A stretch of DNA of 45,062 nucleotides from Flavobacteriales bacterium (GTDB lineage Bacteria; Bacteroidota; Bacteroidia; UBA10329): contig JBMYXX010000002.1 of NCBI GenBank assembly GCA_049608805.1, positions 1 to 45,062 of the forward strand. Direction: 5' to 3'. Positions 35,366 to 44,399 of the stretch are shown here, in pieces. Under the pieces are notes generated by a model. It saw only the letters and a list, made by a program, of their open reading frames with translations. It was not told where the DNA came from and did not search any database. Position numbers and translations under genes: made by a program. Within the stretch, counting starts at the first letter, position 1. Each line of letters starts with the position of its first letter.

Positions 35366-36721
35366 ATGTTGAATATTTCAAACGATTCTATCAATAAGTA
35401 CGTGGACCGTAGCAAGTATCATTCTTTGCGCAATGCAGAAGCACGTGTCTCGAAAAAAGTACTTCGGAATGCTCTCTATGTTTTCTTCGGGCTGTCGTTC
35501 TTATTCATGTTTGTTCCATGGACACAGAACATACGCGCAGGTGGAAATGTGACTACGCTAAAGCCAGATCAGCGTCCGCAAACAATTCATTCTGTCATTG
35601 GTGGTAGAATTGAATCTTGGTTTGTGCAAGAAGGCGATTTCGTTGCCAAGGGCGATACGATTCTTTTCGTTTCTGAGGTTAAGGATGAGTATTTCGACCC
35701 GCAATTGCTAGGAAGAACGCAGCAGCAATTGAAAGCCAAAGAGATGTCTGTAGACTCTTATATGGAGAAGGTGAAATCTTTAGATAATCAGGTAGATGCA
35801 TTAGTGCAAACGGCCGCGCTTAAATTGAAGCAAGCTAAAAACAAGTACAAGCAAGCTGAATTGAAAGTGGTTGCCGATAGCATGGATTATCAAGCTTATC
35901 GTATCAACTTTGAGATTGCCGAGAAGCAATTTGAAAGGATAAAAGGATTGTATGACAAAGGCTTAAAGTCGCTTACCGATTTGGAAAACAAGCGGAACTC
36001 CATGCAAAAAGCCCAGGCGGAAATGATTTCTGGCGAGAATAAACTTCTTACAAGTCGAAATGAGTTAATAAATGCTGAGGTAGAATTGGTTTCCATCCAA
36101 GCTCAATATCGAGATGATATTGCCAAGGCCGAATCAGAAAAATTTACGGCCATGAGTAGTATGTACGATGCGGAGGCTGTGGTTACTAAGTTGCAAAATC
36201 AATACATGAATTATTCGATTAGAACAGGCATGTATTACATAACCGCACCTCAGGACGGGTACATTACCAAAGCTATTCAATCTGGTATTGGAGAAACGGT
36301 GAAAGAGGGAACTCCTATTGTGAGCATTATGCCAGCTCAATACGATTTGGCAGTTGCGATGTATGTAAATCCTATTGACCTTCCATTGTTGGAGAAAGGT
36401 GCACCAGTTCGAGTTCAGTTTGACGGATGGCCGGCCATTGTTTTTTCTGGTTGGCCGAATACAAGTTATGGAACGTATGGCGGAACCGTGTTTGCCATCG
36501 ACAATTTCATTAGCGACAATGGAAAGTATCGTGTGTTGGTGGCGCCAGACCCAGAAGATCATAAATGGCCAGAAGCACTACGAGTTGGAGCTGGCGCTAC
36601 AAATATGCTTTTGTTAAAAGATGTCCCGATCTGGTATGAGTTATGGCGACAGATTAACGGGTTTCCGCCAGACTATTACAAACCTGTTTCGCAATCCAAA
36701 ATGGTAGAGAGCAAGAAATGA
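35366..36721 (+). CDS. HlyD-family membrane fusion protein
   Basis: N-terminal TM, lipoyl-like 'GGRIESWFVQEGDFVAKGDTILFV', a long coiled-coil, and a beta-barrel C-terminus. Confidence 0.85.
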   Translation: MLNISNDSINKYVDRSKYHSLRNAEARVSKKVLRNALYVFFGLSFLFMFVPWTQNIRAGGNVTTLKPDQRPQTIHSVIGGRIESWFVQEGDFVAKGDTILFVSEVKDEYFDPQLLGRTQQQLKAKEMSVDSYMEKVKSLDNQVDALVQTAALKLKQAKNKYKQAELKVVADSMDYQAYRINFEIAEKQFERIKGLYDKGLKSLTDLENKRNSMQKAQAEMISGENKLLTSRNELINAEVELVSIQAQYRDDIAKAESEKFTAMSSMYDAEAVVTKLQNQYMNYSIRTGMYYITAPQDGYITKAIQSGIGETVKEGTPIVSIMPAQYDLAVAMYVNPIDLPLLEKGAPVRVQFDGWPAIVFSGWPNTSYGTYGGTVFAIDNFISDNGKYRVLVAPDPEDHKWPEALRVGAGATNMLLLKDVPIWYELWRQINGFPPDYYKPVSQSKMVESKK

Positions 36722-37107
36722 AGTTCTATAGTAGAAAATTGATACGTCCGGAAGACTTGAACGCAAACAATACCCTATTTGGAGGTAGGTTGCTAAGCTG
36801 GATTGATGAAGAGGCTGGTATTTATGCTATGAGCAAAATTGGAAGTGCAAAGGTGGTTACAAAGTTTATGTCAGAAATAGATTTTGTGAGCTCTGCTAAT
36901 CAACGAGATGTGATAGAAATTGGATTGAAATTTCAAGAAATTGGAACCACCTCAATTACGTTTTCATGCGAGGTTAGAAACCTTTTCACCAGAGAAACAA
37001 TTATCACCATTGATAGAATTGTTTTCGTAAATGTGAATGATGAAAACCATCCGGTTTCTCATGGTAAAACAGCTGAGGACGTTCTAAAAACAGCAATGTT
37101 CAAATGA
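36718..37107 (+). CDS. hotdog-fold acyl-CoA thioesterase (YciA/Acot-like)
   Basis: 'IRPEDLNANNTLFGGRLLSWIDEEAGIYA' is the typical 4HBT/acyl-CoA hydrolase N-terminus. ATGA overlaps occur at both ends. Confidence 0.8.
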   Translation: MKFYSRKLIRPEDLNANNTLFGGRLLSWIDEEAGIYAMSKIGSAKVVTKFMSEIDFVSSANQRDVIEIGLKFQEIGTTSITFSCEVRNLFTRETIITIDRIVFVNVNDENHPVSHGKTAEDVLKTAMFK

Positions 37108-38504
37108 AAAAGGTAGTTGTTATATCACTTATTCTAAACGCATTCTTCGCATTTGCACAGGAAGCTGAAAAAAGCTTGGGGTTTGATGATTTCAATGCCA
37201 TCGTTCTTCAGCATCATCCGTTGGCCGTACAGGCCGATTTGATGAAGAAAAAAGGAGAAGCAACCGTGCAAATGGCGCGTGGTGGTTTCGACCCTAAAAT
37301 TGGAACAGACATAGGGCAGAAATACTTCAAAGGAGACCAATACTACAGTTTAATTGATGCCGGACTTAAAGTGCCTACTTGGTTTGGAATAGAAGTAACC
37401 TCTGGATATGAGCAAAACGCTGGTCAGTTTCTCAACCCAGAAAACAGTACAAGTGGTGGTGGGCTGATTTACGCTGGGATTTCGCTTCCAGTTGGTCGCG
37501 GATTGTTTATTGATGAAAGACGCGCTGAACTGCGGAAAGCTCAGATTTTCGATAAAAGCGCGGAGGTTGAACAGCGGCTTATGCTCAATGAGTTACTGTA
37601 CGATGCTGGTATTGCATATTGGAAATGGTTCAAAAATTATGAGGCACTGAAAGTCTATAAAGAAGCGCTCGCGCTAGCAGAGTTTCGTTTCAACTCTATA
37701 GTAGTGGAGGTGAAGTCTGGCGACAGACCAGCAATTGATACTCTCGAAGCAGGAATTCAATATCAGAATAGACAATTGTCGCTTCAGCAAGCGGAGTTAG
37801 ATTTTAAAAATGCTTCAGCCTTATTAAGTGTTTACTTGTGGCAGAATGGACAAATTCCGATGGAAATTGACACGAATACCATTCCGGTGCCAAAGGAGCA
37901 AGTTGAGCTAAGCACAACTAATGGATTACTGCTTGACAGAATGGATAGTTTGGTTGCGTTTCATCCGTATTTGCAACAATTCCGCTTTAAAATCGACCAG
38001 TTAAAAATTGACCGAAGGCTAAAAGCAGAGCAACTAAAGCCAGTGTTAAACCTAAAATATAACGCGCTCAATCAAGTGGTTGGAAACAATCCGTTTGCAG
38101 ATTTATCCATTAACAATTACAATTGGGGATTGCAGTTTAGTATGCCAATTCCCTTACGAAAAGAGCGGGGTGCACTTAAGCTCGCTAAGATTAAAATTCA
38201 GGAAGCCGAGTTGGGGGTCATTGACCAACAAGCGCGAATAGGTTATAAAATTAATTCTGCAATTAACGACTGGGCTACATCGCGTGAGCAAACCACTTTG
38301 TATAGACAAACTGTTTCTGATTATGAGGGATTGTTAAGTGGTGAACGGCAAAAGTTTAGCGCTGGAGAAAGCTCTTTATTTATGGTTAACTCAAGAGAGT
38401 TGGGGTTTGTTAAAGCGCAAATCACCTACTTAGATTTACTTGCCGCTAATCAGAAAGCGATACTTAACGCGGAGTATGCTTTAGGTACTCTCTTTGTCGA
38501 GTAG
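37104..38504 (+). CDS. TolC-family outer membrane efflux protein
   Basis: Signal peptide and two OEP-type repeats with coiled-coil segments ('RAELRKAQIF', 'LNAEYALGTL'). Confidence 0.85.
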   Translation: MKKVVVISLILNAFFAFAQEAEKSLGFDDFNAIVLQHHPLAVQADLMKKKGEATVQMARGGFDPKIGTDIGQKYFKGDQYYSLIDAGLKVPTWFGIEVTSGYEQNAGQFLNPENSTSGGGLIYAGISLPVGRGLFIDERRAELRKAQIFDKSAEVEQRLMLNELLYDAGIAYWKWFKNYEALKVYKEALALAEFRFNSIVVEVKSGDRPAIDTLEAGIQYQNRQLSLQQAELDFKNASALLSVYLWQNGQIPMEIDTNTIPVPKEQVELSTTNGLLLDRMDSLVAFHPYLQQFRFKIDQLKIDRRLKAEQLKPVLNLKYNALNQVVGNNPFADLSINNYNWGLQFSMPIPLRKERGALKLAKIKIQEAELGVIDQQARIGYKINSAINDWATSREQTTLYRQTVSDYEGLLSGERQKFSAGESSLFMVNSRELGFVKAQITYLDLLAANQKAILNAEYALGTLFVE

Positions 38505-38648
38505 TTCAGGGTTTTCTTAGCCTTAACAGGATGGTTCCTCTGAAGCCTTAAATTAGAAATGGCTCTTTCTTTTTTTCATAACTGAACCTTTTTGTAGTAG
38601 GATTGTTTTGATTGTAATAGTAATACTATCAATTATGCGTTTAATCCT

Positions 38649-39917
38649 ATGAAACAGAATAACAATATCACAAATCTCCGAGTCGCTCTAGTTGCCATTC
38701 TGGTCTCATTATTTGCTATTCAAGTTTCAGCTCAAGGGCAGTTTAGCAATAGAGCAGAGGCATTAGAGCTCATTAACCTGGGCGATAATCACATGGCTTT
38801 TGCCAGCTGGCAAGAGGCGCTCTTTGCTTACGATAATGCCATTGCTGTTGACCCCAGTTTTGCCACCGCGTACATGAAGAAAGCCAGTATTCTGGCCAAA
38901 ATAGGCAGGCGCCAAGAAGCGGTAAAGCTGTACGATAAAGCCATTCAGCTTAATCCGTATTCAGAATACGTTTATGATAGTCGGGCAAAACTGAAAATGC
39001 TTGCAATGGATTATAAAGGCGCGCTTGATGATTTAGACCAAGCGCTAGCAATTAATCCAGGCAACGAAAAAGTTCGGGATCATAAAGTTGATGATTTGAT
39101 TGCCATGAAAGCGTATGAGCAGGCCATAGCGGAAATCGACACATTAATTAAGGCTGAGTATAAAGTAGGCTATGAGCTAGAACGAAAAGCTTTGATTCAA
39201 ATGATGATGGACTCTACCAAAGCCTGCCAAGAAACGATAGAGAGGCTACTTGCCCTGAATGAAAATTCAGCAATGGCCTATGATTTACTTGGGCTTATTA
39301 GCCTAAAGAATGAGGATTACCCCTTGGCGTTGTCTCAGTTTACGAAGGCCATAGATATTGACCCTCAATTTGCCTTAGCATATTACAATCGTGGTGTTGC
39401 TTTTCGATACTTGAAAAACAACGATGCAGCCATGAGCGACTTTAATCAAGCGATTGAGATTCGCCAAAATCTTGCGCAGTTTTACTTTACCCGTGCACTT
39501 GCATCTAAGAAACAAGGAGCAATTGATGATGCGCTAGCCGATTATGATAAAGCACTGTTGCTAAACGACAATTTTAGTGCGGCATTTTATAATCGTGCGT
39601 ACACCCTAAAATTGATGGGACAGTATAGCAGTGCGTTAAAAGATGTTGATGAGTTTCTGTTTACAGACCCAGAAAGCCCCAAAGCATGGAACTTGAAAGG
39701 GAACGCACATACCCTACAGAGTGATTACCTGAAAGCGATTGACAGCTACACACAGGCAATAAACGCCAATGCCCAATATGCCGAAGCTTTTTACAACCGA
39801 GGCTTGGTGCGCTTGATGAGTAATCGAATTCAAACAGGTTGCGAAGATCTTGAAGAAGCCCAGCGATTAGGCTATGACCGCGCTACGCTTAAAATACAAG
39901 CGTTCTGCGCTTACTAA
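38649..39917 (+). CDS. tetratricopeptide (TPR) repeat protein, secreted
   Basis: Signal peptide plus about 10 TPR units ('AIDIDPQFALAYYNRGVAFRYLKNNDAAMSDFNQAIEI', 'AINANAQYAEAFYNRGL'). Confidence 0.8.
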   Translation: MKQNNNITNLRVALVAILVSLFAIQVSAQGQFSNRAEALELINLGDNHMAFASWQEALFAYDNAIAVDPSFATAYMKKASILAKIGRRQEAVKLYDKAIQLNPYSEYVYDSRAKLKMLAMDYKGALDDLDQALAINPGNEKVRDHKVDDLIAMKAYEQAIAEIDTLIKAEYKVGYELERKALIQMMMDSTKACQETIERLLALNENSAMAYDLLGLISLKNEDYPLALSQFTKAIDIDPQFALAYYNRGVAFRYLKNNDAAMSDFNQAIEIRQNLAQFYFTRALASKKQGAIDDALADYDKALLLNDNFSAAFYNRAYTLKLMGQYSSALKDVDEFLFTDPESPKAWNLKGNAHTLQSDYLKAIDSYTQAINANAQYAEAFYNRGLVRLMSNRIQTGCEDLEEAQRLGYDRATLKIQAFCAY

Positions 39918-39936
39918 AAACGAAAATGAAAACACC

Positions 39937-40851
39937 ATGCGAAAATTAACACTCCTAATAATCCTTCTTACTTCGGCTACTTTTTTAAATGCCCAAAACG
40001 ACACAACTCGAACGCTGTTTACCTCATTCAAACAAGCGGCAGTATCTCCCCTTTCGGTATATTATTTGAGGATAACGGAATCGGCTGATATTAAACAACT
40101 GAGCGAACTCTCAAAGCTGGAGAATTTAGAGTATTTAAGTTTAAAAGGCGATAGATTAAAGGTGCTGCCAAGGGAGATTTCGGGCCTCAAAAAACTGAAG
40201 GTGCTGGATTTAAGTGACAACGAATTCTCCACTTTGCCAGATGAGCTATCTCAGTTGGTTTCTCTGGAAGAAGTCTATCTGAACAAGGATTTGAAACTTG
40301 ATTTTGACCAAGCCATTGGTGTGCTACGTAAGTTACCTAACCTGAAGGTTTTGCAACTTAACGATGTTCGGCTAAATGAACTTCCGGCAGGTATTTCTGA
40401 GCTCAGAAAACTCCAAGTTCTTACACTGAGAAACGATTCTTTGCTCAATATTCCAGAAAGTATTTCTAACCTCTCAGAATTGAAAATTCTGGATTTGGGG
40501 GGCAACCGTTTTAATAAACTTCCATCATCCATTGTTCGGCTTCAAAACCTTCAAGAACTTTACCTAGATCATGATAATGGACTTGATTTTAGAAGTGCTT
40601 TTATTCTTCTCGGAAATCTTCCTCGTCTCAGCATCCTTCATCTAGAAGCAAATAACCTTTCTGATTTACCTGAAACAATCAATGAGATTAAATCGCTCGA
40701 GAAACTATACCTCAATCAGAATGAACTTTCAATGGTAAACATCAAACGCAATCAACTTAAACGCTTGATGTTGGTTGACCTACATGAAAACACGGTGCCA
40801 GTTGGCACAATGGAGCATCTTGAAAGAACAGGCGTGAGAATTCGATTTTGA
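39937..40851 (+). CDS. leucine-rich repeat (LRR) protein, secreted
   Basis: The ATG at 39937 gives the signal peptide MRKLTLLIILLTSATFLNAQ. There are about 10 units of about 23 aa, 'L..L..L.L..N.L..LP..I..L', e.g. 'LKKLKVLDLSDNEFSTLPDELSQL'. Confidence 0.8.
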   Translation: MRKLTLLIILLTSATFLNAQNDTTRTLFTSFKQAAVSPLSVYYLRITESADIKQLSELSKLENLEYLSLKGDRLKVLPREISGLKKLKVLDLSDNEFSTLPDELSQLVSLEEVYLNKDLKLDFDQAIGVLRKLPNLKVLQLNDVRLNELPAGISELRKLQVLTLRNDSLLNIPESISNLSELKILDLGGNRFNKLPSSIVRLQNLQELYLDHDNGLDFRSAFILLGNLPRLSILHLEANNLSDLPETINEIKSLEKLYLNQNELSMVNIKRNQLKRLMLVDLHENTVPVGTMEHLERTGVRIRF

Positions 40852-40898
40852 GAAGAATCAGATAAAAAAAGGTTGCTTCTTAACTTAAAGTATTGACC

Positions 40899-41201
40899 AT
40901 GATATTGCTGCGTATTGTAAGTAAAAGTGAAGCCAAAATAGAGGAGATTGCCAAACTTCTTCTTACAGAAAAATTTGTCATCGATGTGAATATTAAGCGA
41001 GAAGCCCAACGCGTAGAGCTAGTAAACGATAGGCTTAAATACGCATCGGTTTTTGTTCTTACTGCAAAAACTAAGGCAACGTTGTTTGCTACAATAAATA
41101 AACGGCTAAATCTAGAATTTCCACAAAACCTACCGGAGATTTACGCGTTGCCTATTGTTGAAATGGACTGGAAGCAAGCAAACGTATTGCGTAAGGTTTA
41201 A
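40899..41201 (+). CDS. small hypothetical protein, weakly CutA-like
   Basis: About 100 aa. 'LTAKTKATLFATINKRL...LPEIYALPIV' loosely resembles the CutA1 'KT...f..l...i...hpYe.PEi..lpi' segment. Weak evidence. Confidence 0.35.
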   Translation: MILLRIVSKSEAKIEEIAKLLLTEKFVIDVNIKREAQRVELVNDRLKYASVFVLTAKTKATLFATINKRLNLEFPQNLPEIYALPIVEMDWKQANVLRKV

Positions 41202-41234
41202 AGTCCTTTGATTCGGATTGTTTAAGAAACCATG

Positions 41235-41294
41235 CCAGAACAGGTTAAAGCAATATTTTAAAAGTTTAAACAATTAAGGCTTGTTCTGGTTTTT
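41235..41294 (+). terminator. possible long-loop terminator hairpin
   Basis: CCAGAACAGG / CTTGTTCTGG forms a 10-bp stem (one G-U pair) enclosing an AT-rich 35-nt loop, followed by TTTTT. Confidence 0.4.
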
Positions 41295-41321
41295 CAAACA
41301 GACCCTAAAATTTGAGTTATT

Positions 41322-43703
41322 ATGAAGCGTTTTGGAGCCGTACTTCTTCTGTTTTTTAGCCTACAAGGTTTAGCGCAAACTGGTGTTGTTAGCGGACGTA
41401 TTTCTGATGCGATAAGTAACGAACCTGTACCATTTGCTAATGTGGTAATTCAGGGAACTACCAACGGAGCGTCTTCAGATTTGGATGGTAATTATGAGAT
41501 TCTAAATCTCGTTCCGGGACTGTATAACGTTGAGGTTTCTTTTCTTGGTTACAAGAGCGCGGTAGAGTATGAGATTCAGGTTTTTAATAACAAGCCTGCT
41601 CAGGTAAACTTCAAGTTAGAAGAGGACACTAAAACGTTAGATGCCGTTGTGGTTAAGGCCAATCCTTTCGAAAAAAAGGAAGAGAGCCCAGTTTCTGTAA
41701 GGACAATAGGTGTGAGCGAAATTGAACGTAATCCAGGAGGAAATAGAGATATATCAAAAGCACTACAGTCTTTGCCGGGCGTTGCTAGTTCCGTGGCTTT
41801 CAGAAATGATTTAATCATCCGAGGTGGTGCTCCAAACGAGAATAGATTTTATCTCGATGGGATAGAGATTCCCAACATTAATCACTTTGCTACCCAAGGC
41901 TCATCTGGCGGCCCAAATGGTCTGATTAATGTGAATTTCATTCGTGAAGTTGAGTTCTTTTCTGGTGCATTTCCAGCTAATAGAGGAAACACGCTAAGTT
42001 CTGTTTTGAACTTCAAAATGAAGGACCCACGGAAGGACCGAATAGGTGGAAACTTTACGCTTGGGTCAAGCGATGCAGGAATTACAATTGAAGGCCCAAT
42101 TGCAAAAGGGCACTCCTTCATGTTCTCCTACAGAAGGAGCTATTTGCAGTTCCTTTTCCAGCTCATTGGACTGCCATTTCTCCCAACGTATGACGACTTT
42201 CAACTTAAGTACAAGGCCAAGATTAATGACAAGAACGAGATAACTGTAATTGGTCTTGGGGCTATAGATCAGTTTAAACTGAATTTAGATGACGACCTAG
42301 ATGAGGAACAAAAGCGGTTGGTTGCAGTTCTTCCGGTCAATAATCAGTGGAATTATGCGCTCGGTGTAAATTGGAAAAACTATCGTGAAACAGGGTATTC
42401 AGAATTGGTTGCAAGCAGAAACATGCTAAACAATGAAGCCTTTAAGTATGCAGACAATATTGAAGCAGATACCAATCTAATTCTCAACTATAAAAGCCAG
42501 GAAATTGAGAATAAACTTCGGTTTGAGAATAACTGGAGAAAGAAGGGGTGGAAGATAAACTATGGTGTATTGTATGAGTTTGCGAGATACAACAACTCAA
42601 CTTTTTCAAAAATCAGCTTGCCAGACGGTTCTATCGGAACAGTAGATTTTAGCTCGGCAATTGATATTCATAAATGGGGTGCGTTTGGGCAAGTAAGTAG
42701 AACTTTTGCAGACGGACGCCTTCTTCTCTCGCTTGGAACAAGGGTTGATGGTAATAGCTATTCAAAGCAGATGGCGAAAACGTATGAGACGTTCTCTCCT
42801 CGGTTTTCCATCTCATATGCCATTAATGACCAATTTAACATTAGTGCAAATGTTGGGCGCTATTTTCAGCTTCCAACATACACTACAATGGGCTTTAGAA
42901 ACAATGCTGGAACGCTTGTTAACAGGGAAAATGGGTTGAAATACATTGCTTCAAATCATGCAGTTCTGGGCGGTGAATTTGTTACTCAAACTGGCCTTAA
43001 AGTCTCTGTCGAAGGTTTTTTCAAATTCTGGGAAAATTACCCGTTCCTTGTTAGAGACAGTATCTCTTTGGCTAACCTTGGTGCCGATTTTGGGGTGATT
43101 GGAAATGCGGAAGTAAGATCAGATAATCTAGGAAGGGCGTACGGTGCCGAATTGCTGGTCCAGCAAAAACTCTGGAAAGGCTTCTACGGAATTTTGGCCT
43201 ATACATTCGTAAGAAGTGAGTTTCAAGATTATAAAGGTGATTATGTTCCTTCTTCTTGGGATGCACAGCACCTAATCTCCCTAACTGGCGGGAAGAAATT
43301 CAAACGAAACTGGGAAGTGGGGGTGAGGTGGAGGTTCACAGGAGGTTCGCCATATACGCCTGCCGATGAAGAGACATCCGCAATTATTCCTGTTTGGGAT
43401 TTGAACCGGGGAGCAATAAGAGACTTTTCTCAGCTTAATGGAGAGCGCTTGAAGCCTGCGCACTTTCTTGATTTAAGAGTAGATAAGAAATGGTTTTTCA
43501 AGAAATGGGCTCTCAACTTGTATTTAGATGTGCAAAATGTTTATGCCTTTAAAGCTCAGCAGGCTCCGGATTATGTTCTAAGAAGAGATGCGGACGGGAA
43601 TGCGTTAATCGATCCGAATGATCCTTCGCGTTATCAGTTAGATAAATTACAAAGCACTACAGGAACGGTACTGCCTTCTTTTGGCATCATCATCGAGATT
43701 TAG
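41322..43703 (+). CDS. TonB-dependent receptor with N-terminal carboxypeptidase-regulatory-like domain
   Basis: 'GVVSGRISDAISNEPVPFANVVIQGTTNGASSDLDGNYEI..L.PG.Y.V.VSFLGY' (CarbopepD_reg_2), a plug 'ISKALQSLPGVAS...IIRGGAPNENRFYLDGIEI', and a long beta-barrel. Confidence 0.8.
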   Translation: MKRFGAVLLLFFSLQGLAQTGVVSGRISDAISNEPVPFANVVIQGTTNGASSDLDGNYEILNLVPGLYNVEVSFLGYKSAVEYEIQVFNNKPAQVNFKLEEDTKTLDAVVVKANPFEKKEESPVSVRTIGVSEIERNPGGNRDISKALQSLPGVASSVAFRNDLIIRGGAPNENRFYLDGIEIPNINHFATQGSSGGPNGLINVNFIREVEFFSGAFPANRGNTLSSVLNFKMKDPRKDRIGGNFTLGSSDAGITIEGPIAKGHSFMFSYRRSYLQFLFQLIGLPFLPTYDDFQLKYKAKINDKNEITVIGLGAIDQFKLNLDDDLDEEQKRLVAVLPVNNQWNYALGVNWKNYRETGYSELVASRNMLNNEAFKYADNIEADTNLILNYKSQEIENKLRFENNWRKKGWKINYGVLYEFARYNNSTFSKISLPDGSIGTVDFSSAIDIHKWGAFGQVSRTFADGRLLLSLGTRVDGNSYSKQMAKTYETFSPRFSISYAINDQFNISANVGRYFQLPTYTTMGFRNNAGTLVNRENGLKYIASNHAVLGGEFVTQTGLKVSVEGFFKFWENYPFLVRDSISLANLGADFGVIGNAEVRSDNLGRAYGAELLVQQKLWKGFYGILAYTFVRSEFQDYKGDYVPSSWDAQHLISLTGGKKFKRNWEVGVRWRFTGGSPYTPADEETSAIIPVWDLNRGAIRDFSQLNGERLKPAHFLDLRVDKKWFFKKWALNLYLDVQNVYAFKAQQAPDYVLRRDADGNALIDPNDPSRYQLDKLQSTTGTVLPSFGIIIEI

Positions 43704-43815
43704 GCTATTCTAAGCTCAGGTCTTTAACGAGTTTGAAAGGGACGCAAAGTTCCTTCAGCCCAGCATTTTAGGTGCTCAAAAGTTACCTTTCCGTCAGACT
43801 CTGAAAATCTGGGTT

Positions 43816-44301
43816 ATGGGACATAATGATTTTATTGTTGCAATGGCCGTTTGCGCAAATACCTTGGGTGTTTTGTTGCTGCTATTAGCCCTATTCAAGT
43901 ACGTTAGAGGTAAACGCTTTCTGTCCATAGCTTGTAAAGTAGCAGGTACTCTAATAGCTGTAGATGAGAAGGAAGATAAAAGGCCTGCTCCGGGCCTGAG
44001 TATGCATGGCGAATCAAAAATTGATACTGATGATCGCTTGGTTCATTATCGAACAATGATGTATAGGCCAATTGTGAGATATGAAGGACCTGATGGTAAA
44101 CAATACGTGCTGAAAACGGGTTTTTCCAGTAGTAAATTCAAAGAACCAGGTGGTAGCGCAGTGGTTGTTTTTCAACCAAACACACCACAAGATGCGCAGA
44201 TGCTGGAGTTCTTTTGGTTCTGGCCCCAACTTATTTCGGTGTTTGGGTTGGTGCTGCTTTTTATTGGAATCTGCACTTCGCTAATGCTTGCCTTGGTTTA
44301 A
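43816..44301 (+). CDS. membrane protein, DUF3592-like topology
   Basis: An N-terminal TM and a C-terminal TM flank a small beta-rich domain ('YRPIVRYEGPDGKQYVLKTGFSS'). Confidence 0.45.
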   Translation: MGHNDFIVAMAVCANTLGVLLLLLALFKYVRGKRFLSIACKVAGTLIAVDEKEDKRPAPGLSMHGESKIDTDDRLVHYRTMMYRPIVRYEGPDGKQYVLKTGFSSSKFKEPGGSAVVVFQPNTPQDAQMLEFFWFWPQLISVFGLVLLFIGICTSLMLALV

Positions 44302-44399
44302 TAACCTGTTGCGCCAGCTTTGTGTGAGAGAGTAAGCTGATTTCAGCAATAAGATCATCGTTATTTTCGTGTTCAACAACCAACCCTAAAAAGCACACC

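Noticed and set aside
41202-41321. Possible cobalamin or other riboswitch upstream of the TonB-dependent receptor.
   Set aside because: The spacer is only 120 nt and is dominated by a single long-loop hairpin plus T-tract (a terminator of the upstream gene). No B12-box-like conserved core was recognisable.
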